In this document: in pieces, positions 27,601 to 46,860 of the stretch
How positions within the stretch are numbered: position 1 is the stretch's first letter
Layout: each line of letters begins with the position of its first letter
Source: the human T2T-CHM13v2.0 reference genome, Homo sapiens
Strand: one strand, 5' to 3'
Length of the DNA stretch: 64,000 bases
NCBI RefSeq assembly: GCF_009914755.1
Contig: NC_060927.1
Position numbers and translations under genes: made by a program
The notes under the pieces: model-generated
Told to the model about the DNA's origin: nothing
The model's input: only the letters and a program-made list of their open reading frames with translations
Database searches by the model: none

Positions 27601-28796
27601 GGGCATTTCACGCAGTCACTACCAATCCCCACAGCAGTCATGTCTTCTTGCAGACCCCGTGCCCATTGAGCTCAGCTAGACAGGCCTCTGTGGCTGTGAT
27701 TTTGGGTCCCAGGCCTCTGAAGACTGTGCATCATATTTTTCAAACTAATGAGGTTCCTTAAACAGTGTGGCATTGCCACTTCATGTCTCCTCATTTCCCT
27801 GTCGGGTAGGAACATCTGCTAGGGTCCTGGGAAAGGCAATTAGCAAATTAGAGTTTTTGTTTTCTTGCTCAGCCATGATTGAAGCCCCAGAGCAGATCCT
27901 TCTGGATAATGTCATTAAGCATCCCCATCCAAGCATGACGTAGGAAATTAAGTTTGGTTTTGGGGAAAAGTGACGGAGGCATCCTTTGGCGTTCTTCAGG
28001 ATGCTGGCTGCTTACTGGGTTGAGAGATGATGGTATTCCTGTCAGGAAGATGGATCCTGTTGTATGTCCCATGTGCCTGGCCCAGTGCTGCATGCTGTAG
28101 TGGAGATGAGGAGAGGAGAAATGTGCTAAGTGCCCACTCCCTCTGGCTGGAGAGAGAAGGCAGGGATGAGCCCGACTTGGCCACTGCTGTGTCCCTTGCT
28201 CTCAGCTGCACAGTGCCTGGCACTGTGTTCACTAAGCATTTTTTGAACGAATAAATGAGGGTTGGAAGCAGGGAAGGATGCAAAGCAGTAGCTAATAAAG
28301 GAGTAGACTGGATACAGCCAAGAGTCAGCTGCTCAGGAGTGAGAGTCCAACTATGATAGTGGCATTACTGGGCTTCATGTCCCCATATCCTGACTTTAGC
28401 CCTGGCCCTTTCTCTGCTTCATCCTCTGAAAAACAGCAGAGCATGAGCCCTCCCTGAAGCCCAGCACAACCTCTCCACAGTCCATATGTGTGTTCTGCCC
28501 CATGTTCAAAGTACCAGGCTTGTGTCTTGCATGGAGGGAGTAGTGCAGTGGCTGGGGGCACAGAAGTGCTGGTGAAAGTTTCCTGCCATCAGAGGAATGC
28601 CCTCAAGGTAGAAAAAAGCAGATCAGTAAGGCCTGAAAGATGTCCCCCTGGCTGGCTCAAGGGTGGACAGAGGTACAGGGCAGGCCCCAGGAGGCCTACT
28701 GGATCAGGGCAGGCTTCCTAGAGGAGGTGGAGCTCACCCTCATGGACTAATTATCTCTCAAAGGCTCCACCTCCAAATACTATCACACTGGGGCTT

Positions 28797-29207
28797 TGTG
28801 TTAGGCCATTTTTGCATTGCTATAAAGAAATACCTAAGACTGAGTAATTTATAATGAAAAGAAGTTTAGTTGGCTCACGGTTCTGCAGGCTTTACAGGAA
28901 GCACGGTGCTGGCATCTGCTTGGCTTCTAGAGAGGCCTCAGGAAGCTTACAGTCATGGCAGAAGGTGAAGGAGGAGAAGGCATGTCACATGGTGAAAACA
29001 AGAGCAAGAGGCGGGGGTGGGGAGGTGTCACACACTTTTAAATGAGCAGATATCTCTCCAGAACTCAGTCACTATCCCTAAGACAGCACCAAGCCATGAC
29101 AGACTCACCCCCATGACCCAGACAGCTCCCACCAGGCCTCACCTCCAGCACTGAGGATTACAACTCAACATGAGATTTGAGCAGGGACAAATATCCAACC
29201 TATATTA
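28797..29207 (-). mobile_element. MST (MSTB-like) MaLR solo LTR nested in an MLT1 fragment (~28730-29250)
   Basis: tgtgttaggccatttttgcattgctataaagaaatacc...; 5-bp TSD GGCTT at 28792-28796 and 29208-29212. Confidence 0.85.
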
Positions 29208-30109
29208 GGCTTCAACATGTGAATTTGGGGAGGACACAATCAGTTCATAGCCAGGCACATTCAAGTGGTGAAATGGCAATGTTGGAACACATCCACAATT
29301 TAAAAGAGCACTCACCACTTACTGGAAGCCCTGTGATGTGCCAGACTTTACAGGTGTCTGCTCTGATACTTGCAAAAGCAGGTGAGGTTAGCACATAGTT
29401 AGCAGCACTTCCAACCAGTCTCAGAGAGATTAAGTTCTGGCCTAGGGTCCAACAGACAGGTGGGGATTCACATCTAGGTCTCCTGTCCTTCATTAGATTG
29501 CCCAGCTGCTAGTTTCCCTTAACGGCTTATCATTCATGGACATGAGCACTCTGCTGTGCGCCCTGTACTGGGGGAGCAGCAAAGGGGCTGTCTATTTACT
29601 TGCCCACCTTGTCACACCACAGTGTGAGCACTCTTCAGGATCTCTGCCTGCCTCTAGTAGGGACAGAGACTTTGAGACTATGATTGCAAAGGAGAGCACT
29701 GGGCCCTCAATGACCCAGTATGGGCCAAGCCAAGTACTAGTAAGAGGTCTTCCCTGGGGCTGCTGTTTGGCTGTTGCTTTCAAACATGTTTAAGTGTCTT
29801 TTCAGCAACAGCAACTCCACAGTTGGCATGGTTGTGTGCAAGGATAAAGCAGTTTCCCTTAGAAATTTTCTGTGTGGGCCACACAGAGCTGGTTACAGTC
29901 ATTGCTGTGGAGAGGGCATTATTCTAAACAACATGGAGGAAGAAGTAAGAGCACAGGCTTGTCATATGGTAACTCTGGGGTTGATCCCAGTCCTGCCACT
30001 TCCTGGCTGTGTGACCCCAGGTTATGCAAGTTATGCAACCTCTCTGAGCCCGGGCTGCTATTGCAAAGAGTGCTGCGTATGTATGCAGTATGTATGCATG
30101 TGCTGTGTA

Positions 30110-33910
<3,801 letters not shown>

Positions 33911-35114
33911 TGTTGCAAATTGTTATGTGTTCTGGTATTCCCTCAGATTGAACATTAGCCAGAGCTCTCGGAATAGGGTCAACATCTGCTGAAGCTGGGA
34001 TCTGACAATAGAGAGGGAAGAGTATGAGAGTTAAGAATAAAATGGAATGGTGAAAAACCCACAGGATACTTGTCTGTGCTGTGTGGCAGCAGAGTTCTTT
34101 TCGTCCCTACCTGGACTTTGGCTAGGGGTGTACCACTGTCTGGGTGGGAGGTTGAGGCTGGGGAGGGCAGGGCATGAAAAACACCCATCCATCTCCTCAT
34201 CTGGCTCAGGAGAAGTTGTTCTAGGCCCAGCAGCTCTCAGGCCAGGGAGGGGAGGGCACACGCCTCTGCTCTGGACAGGGCTTGGCTCTCCATCTCTCTC
34301 CATACCCAGGGCCCGTCCAAGTAGTCCGAGCTCCTTGGGTTCTGTCTGGTTTCCTAGTGATGGTGGCCAATTCCTTCTCCATGAAAACCAGGATCCTGTC
34401 TCAGGGAAGGCAGTCTGGGGTCAGTGCTGTTAATGGTATTTACCTGATCGAACAAAGAGCTCACCCATCCAAAGGGAGGGGATCCACATGGGATGCCCAG
34501 AGAACAGAGCCAGAGAGGAAAACCTGTCGGCAGAGTTCCAGGACCCTTTATATTATGGTCTCTCAAGTTCCCCCATCACCAGAGGGAGGTGTTTTATCCT
34601 CATGTTTTTTACTGGCAAGAAATCTGGAGTATCCAAGAGGCTAGGAGGCTTTCCTGTGGACCCACAGTAGGAGATGGAGAGAGGGATTTGGACGCAGTTC
34701 TGTCTGGCTCCAGAGCCTGGACACCGGCTCCCTTATCCTTCCTCCTCACCTCTATTGACCTCCATTCACCTTCCCATGGAGCTCTCACCCCATCTTCCCA
34801 CGCTGCCTGATGTCCATGTCCCTGGTGACCCTGCTGCACCTTGTTCTGTGTCTTGCCGCTCAAGCCTGGCTACATTTTAGGAGGTTATTTAGGCTCCCCA
34901 GGACTCCAGGGTTGGGAACCAATGGGCCACACCCTACAGCCCTGTGTCTTGAGCAGCTGTGTGCCCCCCAGCCTTGGCACAAGGCTTGTCCCCTGGGATC
35001 AAAAGCACCTGGGTTCTCATCCAGGCTCTGACCTTGAGCAAGTCACAACTGCTCTGGGCTCACGCCTTATTTCTAAAATCAGACTCCCTATGATTGTTCT
35101 AGGTCCGGAACACA

Positions 35115-35360
35115 GACCCTGAAGCCAGATGACCTTGGTTTGAATCTTGGCTCAGTCACTTATTTGCAGTGGGACTTCGGCTAATCGCTTATCCTCTCTC
35201 TGACTTCAGTGTTCTCATCTGTAAATTGTGAATAATAATGTATATCTCTTATAGGGAGATGTTAAGGATTAAACAAACTAATAAACATAAATAATTTAGA
35301 ACACTGGCATATGGCAGGTGCTAGATTAGTGCCAGATATGAGTGTACGAATTATTACTAT
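35115..35360 (+). mobile_element. MIR
   Basis: ggtttgaatcttggctcagtcactt...cagtgttctcatctgtaaa is the MIR core. Confidence 0.7.
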
Positions 35361-35465
35361 TATTGTGCATGCAAAGGGCTCAGCCAAGGCATGGACATAA
35401 ATGAAGGGATTGGCAACTGGCTGCTGATGCTGCTGCTATAACCCGTGCCCTTTGCTTCCTTCCAG

Positions 35466-36650
<1,185 letters not shown>

Positions 36651-36839
36651 CCAATTACCAATCTTCCAGTCTGTACAAAGGTTGTACCAAATGACCCAAG
36701 CTAGTCACAATGGGAAGACAGTGACAAGTCCCCAGTCCCTGCACTTAAATGCCATGTACTCAAGTTATTGATAAGTAATAAGTACTGATAACCGTCCTTT
36801 ATTGGCCATCTACTGTATTTGAGAGGCTGAACACCCCAA

Positions 36840-37090
36840 TTCCAGCGCTTATGGGCCAACTATTAAAGGGGACAGCTGCCTCTTATCTCCAGCCGACTGT
36901 CATCTCACGGGAATGAAAACCCTGGGTTGTGGAATCTTGTGACTTTTTCCAAGAGAGCCCAGAAATCTAGCTTGTGTGAACTGTTCCAATTTTTAAAGTT
37001 GACAGCTGCTGAAAAGTCTATATGGGCAAACAAAATACCCTTGCAGGCTACAAACCAGCCCACAAGCTGCTGGGGTTGACCCCTGACAAC
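36840..37090. mobile_element. hAT DNA transposon remnant (MER102-like)
   Basis: gaaatctagcttgtgtgaactgttccaatttttaaagttgacagct...gggcaaacaaaatacc. Confidence 0.4.
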
Positions 37091-39820
37091 TCTATGGCTT
37101 CCTCTCATTTAATATACACAACCATCCGGCAAGATAAAAAGTGTAGGAACAAAGACGGTTATTGGTTTTGGGAGGGAGTCACTCAGGGAGACAGGGTGGC
37201 CTCTGGACAGAGGCACACGTGGCTGCCTGTCCTGAGTTGAATCCCAGCTGAGGGGCCAGGAGCCAGGCACTTGTGGGCTTGCACACTCCCCAACATCAGC
37301 CCACTAGCACCAATCCAGACTTCCTGCCACACCCCAATGAAGCTCTCAGAGGTGGCGCTGAAAGCTAGAATTTCCAGTTTATTCATTCTAAATAAGAGAT
37401 GTAATTACCAGCCCCTGAGGCAGATCCTCCTTTTAGAAATAAGAAAACTTAAGAGCAGAGCTACAGAGAGCCAGAATCAGGGTTCCCCCCAGTTCTGATG
37501 GCCCTGAAGTCCACTCGTTTCCTATGTTCTCCCCTTTAGATGAGGGACTGAGAGTAACACTCCAGAAAAGAGTAACACTTCTCCAGAAAAGAAGTCAAGG
37601 ACAAGATTTTACTCAAGCAAAATTTACATTTACTGGAGCACAGGAAGGGGACATTTGATGGTTTCCAAGGGTGGCAGGCTAATGGAAAAGTGGCTGCTGG
37701 TATGCTCAGCACTCTGGCATAATTGTCGACATTCTTGCTCATATTTTATTTCCGTGGTTGTTGCCTACAATTGCCATTGAATGGCAAAATGTTGTTCCAT
37801 TTTCTCTGTTTAATGGGTTAAATCTAGGAACTGATGATTATGTCCCTGAGAAGGGCTAATTTAGTCATCACAGTGCCTTGTGGAAAGTGTCTGGAGCCTT
37901 CTGAGACATAGTGACCAGGCAAATCCCAGTGGTGAGAAAACCAACAGAAACAACAAACAATCTTTATTTAATGGAATTGGAAAATTTATTTGCTGGAATT
38001 AATCACTGGACTAGAAGAGTGGCCTTGGTGTACCAAGGCTCTGGAGTCTGATGTGACTTATTTCCAAGTGCTCAGTGGTTTTGTGTCTTTGGTGAGTCAC
38101 TCTTACTCCTTAAGACTCACTTTATTCATCTGCAAAATGGGATAGTATCAGGTCCCCTTTTTGCTGCTGTAAGCTCTTGTGTGGTAGCACCAATAATATG
38201 GTAGCTGAGATTTAAGGCCTGACGTTGACACCCAGTGGGAGCTACCAGAGCCAAGAGTTACACTCCTGTTGTAGGCTTCCTCTTGGCTATTAATTCACTT
38301 GGGCTTTATTGGTTGCCTGGTTTTCAGGTGCAAAGCCAAGATGCTAACAGGGTTGCAGCCTGTGGGGCCATGCATATTGGAATCAGGAGCAGGGACCTAC
38401 CTCATGGAGATTGGGTGAGGAAAGGCAGTTATGTTTGGGGTATTTTAAGCTTGTGGGTCCTTCAGGTGGTTGAACAAGTTTGGTGGAACTAAAATGTGAA
38501 GTGTTCTAACCTCCTCCTTACTGGCAGTGATTTTTCAGGTTGGCTGAATCTGGAATACTGAATCTAGGAGGCAAGAGAGGCCAGATGTCATGGGATGCAG
38601 GCCTGGGGCATCTTCCATTCAGTGATAGGGTTGGCTTATCTGCTATAGCACTAGCCTGTTCTCTAGGTAGGGGTAATGTTCTGTATCTCAGACAGGGGTG
38701 TGACTGCAGAAAAGGGAAGCTCAGCTTCTCTGGGCTTGAAAGGCCTATTCATGGCCAGCCTGGGACAATCTCTGACTCCAGAGTGGGCCATAGGAGAAGC
38801 TGCAGTGGAGTCTCGCAGGGATAGTTGGGAAGGGACTGTGTGATGCCTATAGCCTGTGTCCTGGGCTGAAGTCCACCATGAATCCCTGGGTTTGGGACTA
38901 GTTTGGCTCTAGGGAGTCTCTGAGCAGGGAAGGTGACCCAAGGTGGATTCTGTGCATGGAAAGGATTCTGAGTTAATGTCGGTTGTGGACATGGTGGCAG
39001 GTCCCCAAACTCAGACTTGATTGGTGTGTGAGGGACCAGAGTCAAAGACATCCTTGGAAGCAAAAGGCAGGCCAACTCTCTGGGGTTACTTCCCCACAGG
39101 ATCATAGGAGGAGAGAACTCTGCCCGGGGCACCTCACAGAGCCGGGTCAGACCCTGGCCCCAGCACTCAACAAATGGCTGTTGGCGATTGCCTCCTCTTT
39201 CTGAACTTCAGTGTTCTCCTTTGAAAAAGGATGAGGATGATAAAGCTCACCGGCACAGAGCAGACACATAGCAATTGGTGCCCCTGTGTTGATTAACTAG
39301 GTGAACTGAGGCAAATTCTGGGGTTCACCTGTGGCTTAAAGCAAAATGGCCTTAATAGAGGCTTTTCCTCTAACATGATGAAAGTAAGGTAATGGATATC
39401 ACTTTCTCAATTTTTGAATTTTTATTACGGTAAAAGCAAGACTTAGAAAGGGCTCACTACGTTTAACTCTGGAAGCATGTATTCACTGAGGGCACGAACT
39501 CCTGGAGGTGTGATTTCCTATTGCAAATGCATAACATTGTCAAACCTTCTGCAAGTGGAATTGTTTTGCTACACTGTGGAGTGAAATGGCTCAGCATCTC
39601 AAAGCTAACTACAAAGAGCTGCAGGACGCACAGGGGCCCTGCCATCTAAGTGAACTGAGAAGTATGGAGCCAAGGCCAGGCAAATGGAGAAGCTGTCCCA
39701 GGGGTTGTCCAGGGCACAAATAATAATAATAATAATAGCAACAATAGCAACAACTAATACTTATGTAGTGTTTAGTCTGAGTGGGTGAGGGGGGTGGTAT
39801 TCTAAACACTTTACAATTTC

Positions 39821-40192
39821 TTTTTGTTGTTGTTGTTGTTTTTTGTTTGTTCATTTGTTTTCTAGAGACAGAATCTCACCCTGTCACCCAGGCTGGAGTG
39901 CGGTTGTGCAATCATTGCTCACTGTAACCTCTCACTCCTGGGCTCAAATGATCCTCCCCTCAGCCTCCTGAGTAGCTGGGGCTACAAGGATATGCCACCA
40001 CTCCTGGCATATATATAAATATGAATGAAACTGGCTCAGGAGGTAATGGCTAATTTAAAAAAAAATTTTTTTTGTAGAGACAATGTCTCACTATGTTACC
40101 CAGGCTGGTCTTGAATTCCTGGCCTCAAGCAATCCTTCCACCTCTGCCTCCCAAAGCACTGGGATTACAGGCGTGAGACACGTCACCCGGCC
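39821..40192 (-). mobile_element. Alu (AluJ-like) with an internal non-Alu insertion
   Basis: (TTG)n tail and antisense dimer; extra sequence at 40009-40046. Confidence 0.88.
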
Positions 40193-41839
40193 ATTTTGCA
40201 AATTTTAATTAATTTAATTTTTGTAATGACTCTTTGCACTAGTGCTATCTATATTATCATCTTCAGTGTATGATGAAGAAATTGAGGCACAGAGAGCTTG
40301 AGTAAGTTGCTGAAGGCGACACTACGAGTAACTGAGGGAGCCTGGATTCAAATGGAGGCAGACACGGGCACCTTGTGGAGACGTTTACCCTCAAGGCAGG
40401 GAGAGAATGCGCAGGAGCATCTGCTCCATCTGGCTGGTGACCGTGCAGCCCAGGGCCAGGTCCTTGCCTTCAGCAGTGAGTCTGGGCGAGTCTCTGAGAT
40501 GCTGTCCCTGTCATTTTTCCTCCTCTGGCTGGCTTTACCTCCAGCCCTCAAAGCTCTTGGCTCAGCATGGAACTCTGCAGGGTGTTCTGAAATGCTAAGT
40601 TGTATAAAGGCATCCCCAGCAGTGGCCATGGATCAGGCATGCTTGATCACTAACAGGGGAATGTCACTGCAAATGTCTCGACTGCTGTGAGGTGTGGGCC
40701 CCTGCGGTGGGCCAGGCCTTTGGAATCTGCTCTGGGCTGCTTTCTGGAATTGCTCCGTGGCTCCCCAGCTCCTCTCTCCACATGCAGGCGGCAGGAGGGC
40801 TGACAGAACGGCTTTGTCTCACATCTCGGAGTTCTTGGGTGGTGAGTGGTATGTGAGTGACACAGGAATAAGAGGGGAGTATCAGACAGAGACAAGAGGC
40901 CTTGGGGTCCCTGGCAGCTTTGATTTGGGGGCATTGATGACACTTTTGTTGGCTCCCATCCATGTTCTGTGCCCTGGGCTTAGGATTTTACTCATTTTTT
41001 TTTTCTTTTCGTCGCAATAAGTCATGAGGCAATGTGGCTGTTATTATCCCCATTTTATAGATGAGGAAACTGTCTTGGGAAGGTAACGAATTTGCCCAAG
41101 GCCACACAGCTAGCAAATGACACAGCTGTGCTTATACCCAGCTCTGCCTCCTATGCCTGGGCCAACCTGCCCAAGCCTGCCCACCACTGAGCATGGCCTG
41201 ACCCCACAGAACGGGCGCCAGTGTCAGGGCTGACTTTCACAGGGTGGAGCGTGGAAATACAGGTATCTTGGGCCTAACTGGCTGAGAGGGCTTTCCCCCT
41301 GCACGGAGCCGAGGAAGCTGTATTTCCAGACGTCTTTCCTAGATGGTTTAATTGATCTGCCAACAAGTATTTATTGGCTCAATGGCTGAGCAGAGGAGGC
41401 TGGCAGCTAGCCAAGGCTTCTGGTATTGATGAAGGCCAGAGAGAGTTTGCTCTCACGATGACTACAAGGACACTGTCTCCTTGCCAGAGCTGCACTCAAG
41501 ACCTTCTCGCTAGACCCCCGTGCATCTCCCGGGGTAGTGAGGTCCTCCCAGCCTCCAGGACATCTGGACTTGGCCCCTCTGGGCCTGGTCGCCCCTTTGC
41601 CCCCATCCCTTATCAATCTGTCCTGACCCCAGCTCACCTCCAGGCCTCAGCCGAGGACTCTGGCTCTGCATGGGGAGTTTAGCACTGAGTTCTTCTGCAT
41701 CTGCAGGGTTCACTCATTTTTCCACCCATAGGCCTTCTTTCCCCAAGTGGTTATGAAGTTCCTCAGGGCAGGGATGGAAACCCAGGAGGTATGCATGGTG
41801 AACTGGGAAGATTAGGGACATCATATGTGCCTATTTACT

Positions 41840-42234
41840 TGATATCGCTTGGATATTTGTTTCCTCCAAATCTCGTGTTGAAATGAGATCCCCCAAGTTG
41901 GAGGTGGGGGTTGGTGGGAGGTGATTGGGCCGTGGCAGATACATCATGAATGGCTTGGTGCCCTCCTCGTGGTAATGAGTGAGTTCTCACTATTAGTTCA
42001 TGTGGGAGCTGGTTGTTTAAAAGAGCCTGGCATCTCTCTTACTGTCTCTCTTACCATGTGACACACCTACTTTCCCTTTGCCTTTCGTCATGAGTAAAAG
42101 CTTCCTGAGGCCCTCAGCAGAAGCCGTGCCATGTTTGTACAGCCTGCAGAGCCCTGAGCCAAATAAACCTTGTTTCTTTATAAATTACCCAGCCTCAGAT
42201 ATTTCTTTATAGCGACACAAAACAGACTAAAACA
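41840..42234 (+). mobile_element. MST (MSTB-like) MaLR solo LTR
   Basis: tgatatcgcttggatatttgtttcctccaaatctc...aacagactaaaaca; 5-bp TSD TTACT on both sides. Confidence 0.88.
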
Positions 42235-45032
42235 TTACTCTTGAAAGGAAAGCTGTGCATGTGGCAACAGATTTAAATACTACCAAAGGGCGTATGGTGA
42301 AATAACCCCTCCTGTGTATCTCGGCCCCCCATCCGCTCCTGCTGGCAGCCACTATTAGCAGTTTCTTGTCTTTCCAGAGACATTTGTGACAGATAATTTT
42401 TAGATCATACTGAAAACATTCCCCTGTATCTTGTTTTCTCCCTTCAATGGACCTTGGCAGTTATCTACTATCAGTTAATGTAGAGCTGCTTCATTCTTTC
42501 TTAGCAGTCGCATGGGTCCATGATATGGTTGTGTTATAATCTAATTACTTAGATCCCCATATTTGGACATTTAGGCAGTTTCCAATCTTTGAGCATACAT
42601 TTTGATCCCAATTGAAATTTCCTTTCTGCCCCCTCTAGCTAATTAACATCCCCAAGCCTCAGTTTTCCCATCTGTGCAGTGGGAATAATTATATGTACCT
42701 TTCAGAGTTGCTGTGAGTATTAGAAGTGATGCAGAAATGAAGCACTGCCCAGCATGAGGCTCACAGTAGGTTAATATTGATATGCGTTCCCTGAATTTCT
42801 GATTGCGGTGCTGAGCTCATCTTGCGCACCTGATGAAGGCTCGTGAATGACTTTGTTTCCAGTTTAAAATACAGTAGAATCACGTTAATTTTTTCTCTTT
42901 TTAAAATTTATTAATTTGATATTAAGGAGGCTTCAGACACATTGTTGGATTAATATTATTTGAGGTGTCTAATTCAGCCAGTCCTTACATAGTGTGTAGT
43001 CAACATAAGACACCTAGCCCTTTACTTCACAGAATAAGCCCATAATGTGTGTGTTTTGCTTTTCTGTTATTGCTGCTGCTGCTAATGGTGAAAGTGGTGG
43101 CTCTTTGCTGTGGCAACTGCATCTTGGCCTTTTCAACCACCCTATAGCAGCCCTTGCAACAGAGTACATAGTCGGTGCTCAGTAAATGCATATTAATGTC
43201 CTGGCCTCCCACCAACTGAATAAGCTTTTCTTTCCTCTGCCACAGGGGGACTTGAGTCACAGTTGGCTGGAGCAGAGGGGCTGGCTATGAGCTGCCCCTG
43301 AGTGACCCTTTTTCCATCTCTCATTGTGTCCTGTGTACAGCACATCTGTCCCTGCACACAGGCCAAGCAGAGGCTGCTTGATGGGTCAGGCATGTCAATG
43401 CAGGATCCTGACATTCAGAAACTGCCCCCTACCCTTTGTTTGAAAGGAACAGTCTCTCAGTTGAGAAAAGGCCTCGATCAGATGCTGTGGCCCTTCTTTG
43501 AAGGAGGTTTTCATATTAACATAGTCATAATTCGGTTCATGGAAGTCTGGCTTGCAGAAAGGTGGCTTTGAAATGCAGGTGACAGCATTTGAAATCAGGC
43601 TTAATCAGGACAAGCATCACCGTGGGCCACAGCATGGTCTTGTGGGAAGAGCAGGGTTCAGGGGTCTTCCAGCACTGGCTTGGCTTCAGTCCTGACTTGG
43701 TTTCTAATTAGCTGTGACCCTGAACAAGTCATTTCATGCCCAAGCCTTCATTTTCTCATCTGAAAAACAAACTTACTTTGCTACGAGGTGTCAGGATCAT
43801 GGATTAATATATAGAAAGTGACTGATCTAGTGCCTAGAACGTAGCTACTGAAAAAGCGGTAGGTTTAAAAATGGCTAATTATGACTATTACTGCTCTCAT
43901 AAATTGGTAAAATTACAGTTATTAAATATAGAAATAATTATGGTTATTAAATTTTGGTCCACACTGTGAAACTGAAGGATTTCACACGAGGGAATCTGTG
44001 GTGGTTTGGATGGTCTTGGACTCGTTTCTCTCTAAGATACATGATGGAAATGCCACCTGAGGTTCACAGGCCATTGTGAGTTTGTTGCAAATGAGCTGGG
44101 AGTGTTTAGCCTTCCCTGTGAGCGGTTTCCGGCTGCATGTCTTATTCAAGTGTTTCTCTAAAAGGCCGCAGCTCCCCGTGGTGACTTGCCTGGTGGACAT
44201 GCATTCACAAGGATACCCAAATGAGCAGCACCTTCACCAGCTGTGTGCAGGCAGACATTCAGCAGGGATGAGCTGCCGAGGTGGCGGCCCTGAGGGCCGG
44301 CGTCCACCTCTGCGAAAATAGTGACTTGGTCTAGTTGTGGGCTGGCCATTATTGGACCTTTGGGAAAAAGGGAAGGGGAAGAGGTAAAGGGTCTCACCTT
44401 TTCAGGCCCTGGCAGAAGGGTGAAGGCAAAGGCCCCAGACACAGGGATAGAAGAGATGGTATCTGGCAGCCAATGCAAGACCCACCTTTTACAGATGGGA
44501 GCTGACTGGACCAGAGAGCTGGGAGGCTTTGCCCAAGGTTACCTGCCAGGTAGTGGCAGAACCTGAACTAAAACCCAGGCCTCCAATCCCCCTTGAAAAT
44601 GTTCCCCATCAGAAACAAGGGAGTGAGAATTCAATGCAGTTTCTGAGTCCGTATTGAAAAACACAGCTGTGGGAGGATGTAGGAGCTTAGGAGGAGAGTG
44701 ATTAGGGCCAGGGGTGATGCTGATGGGTTGGAGGGACTTTCTGAGGGGAGGCCTTGGAGCTTGGGCAGAGTTTAGACCAGTGTCTCCCCACAACACACAC
44801 AGATGAAGACCCTCCATGGCTTCTCAGTGCCTCCTGCATGTCAGAGACCCTGTCCTGGCCGCCGCTCAGACCATACAACCAGGGGGTTAGCACAGTCACA
44901 GATACCCAGGTAAGAACTGGTCTTCCTGTTTAGTACCTGCGTGACCTGGGCATAAGTTTCCTAACTTTGCAGTTCCTCGGTATCCTCACCTGTAAAGTGG
45001 GCATAGTGATGGCACTTACCCCGTAGAGTTGT

Positions 45033-45170
45033 CAGCAACACTTCTCAAACCTCAGTGTGCATTCAAGCCACCTGGTGACCTTCTTAAAATGCTGATTCTG
45101 ACTTAGTAGGACTGGGTCGGGCCCAAGATTCTGCATTTCTAACAAGCTCCTGGATGATGCTGATGAAGAT
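45033..45170. mobile_element. MER5A-like hAT DNA transposon
   Basis: cttctcaaacctcagtgtgcattc...gggcccaagattctgcatttctaacaagctcc. Confidence 0.75.
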
Positions 45171-45278
45171 GTAACACAGATCAAGGGCCCCCAATCACAG
45201 CTTATCCCCACGCCCCACCATCCACCCATCTACCCGCCATGCTGAATGATCCCGCAGCCAAGCTAAAATGCATATTCC

Positions 45279-45600
45279 AGCCGGGCTTTGTGGCTCACGC
45301 TTGTAATCCCAGCACTTTGGGAGGCCGAGGCAGGCGGATCACTTGAGGTCAGGAGTTCGAGACCACCCTGTCCAACACGACGAAACCCTGTCTCTACTAA
45401 AAATACAAAAAAAAAAAAAAAAAAAAAAGCCAGGTATAGTACACATGCCTGTAATCCCAGCTACTCAGGAGGCTGAGGCACAAGAATGATTTGAACCCGA
45501 AGGTGGAGGTTGCAGTGAGCTGAGATCGAGCCACTGCACTCCACCCTGGGCAACAGAGTGAAACTGTGTCTCAAAAAAGTAAAAAATAAATAAGATAAAA
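45279..45600 (+). mobile_element. Alu (AluS-like) with an expanded central A-tract
   Basis: Dimer with a ~22-A linker at 45407-45428; TSD TAAAATGC(A/G)TATTCC. Confidence 0.92.
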
Positions 45601-46439
45601 TAAAATGCGTATTCCTCTGTGCCTTGGTCTGTGTTGCCCTCTTTGTTGGAAATGGCCCACTTCCCTGATTCCAGCTCAGCCTGGGGTTACCGAGCCTGGC
45701 TCTGCCCTCGTCCTTGCCACCTGGCTGACGCCAGGCCAGTCTCAGGCCTTGCTTGGCCCTGCTCCCGACAAGGCAGCTATGCCTTCTGCATTTCCTCCTT
45801 TTCACGTCCGGCCCCACTTCCCTTCCCAGCTACCAAGTGACTCCATGTATGTGCCCTGGAACCCAAATTCTTATAGTTGCCAATGCAGTGTACACGAGTA
45901 AATCCACACTCTTATCCATGAATGTTCCTGTGAGGATGACTTTGTTTGGCAAGGGATTACTGCAAATGGAAACAGCTCTTTGTTAAACAGTCATTGATTG
46001 AGCACTCACAAAAGGCCAGACACTGCCCAGCTCCACCGCCCTGCACAAAGGCTTGTCAGCACCCTATGCAGCATAGCTCATTTAATCTCCACGGGTGAGG
46101 AGAAGTGCTGGTATCACAGTCTGCACATGTGGAGATTAGGCCTGAGGGACATGAAGAGCCAGCAGTTGCTTGGGGGGTGTCTGTCCCGAACTTGAGTCCA
46201 GGCCTACTCCAGCACCCACACCTGTAACCTCTGTGCTACTCAGGGTCACGTTGAGTCTTCAGTGGTTTTGCAGGTGGTCCCAGGCCTTGGATTGACTGTG
46301 CTTAACAAGAGTTTACTGAAGCCAGCATTGGCAGGCCCCAGTACCACAGCACTTAGATACCCTTAAATACAGTACAGCAAACTGCATTCACTCTGAACTC
46401 TTCTGACTTGCTGATGATTCTGAGTGGGTGGTGCTGGGA

Positions 46440-46860
46440 AAGCATTGAATAGAGGAAGCAAATTTGCCGGGGCGGGGGATGGGGTTTAAGTGAGCGGGGA
46501 GAGCCAATGCCCTGCCAGGCTGGCGGCAGCCTTTATTTACAGGGTCGGGAGCCAGCTGATTTGCTTTGGTTAAAGCAAGGGGGCGGTTAGCGTGAGTTAC
46601 GGCCTCGCCCAGACACTAATAAGGCTGCTTGTCTGAGGCATTCCATAATTCAAGCAAAGGCTGTGCCGCTTAATGGCCCTTCTTCGTCAGATCTTCCAGG
46701 ACTCGGTGCCTCCTTAATGAGTTATTTGCTTGGGATGAAATTAAGCCGAGACAGCGTGAGCTTGGAAAATACTGCCGTGCAGGCTCTCCCCGGTTCTTCA
46801 TCCTTCTCAGCGGCTGCTTTCTATAAATAGAGCCGTGAGTTCTGCTTCGTGACCCGCCTG
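46440..46860. promoter_or_regulatory. Candidate intronic enhancer
   Basis: Non-repetitive and locally CpG-enriched; GC box 46469, CCAAT 46504, FOX-like TATTTAC 46534, E-box CAGCTG 46553, TAAT cores, MEF2 consensus CTATAAATAG 46821-46830. Confidence 0.4.
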
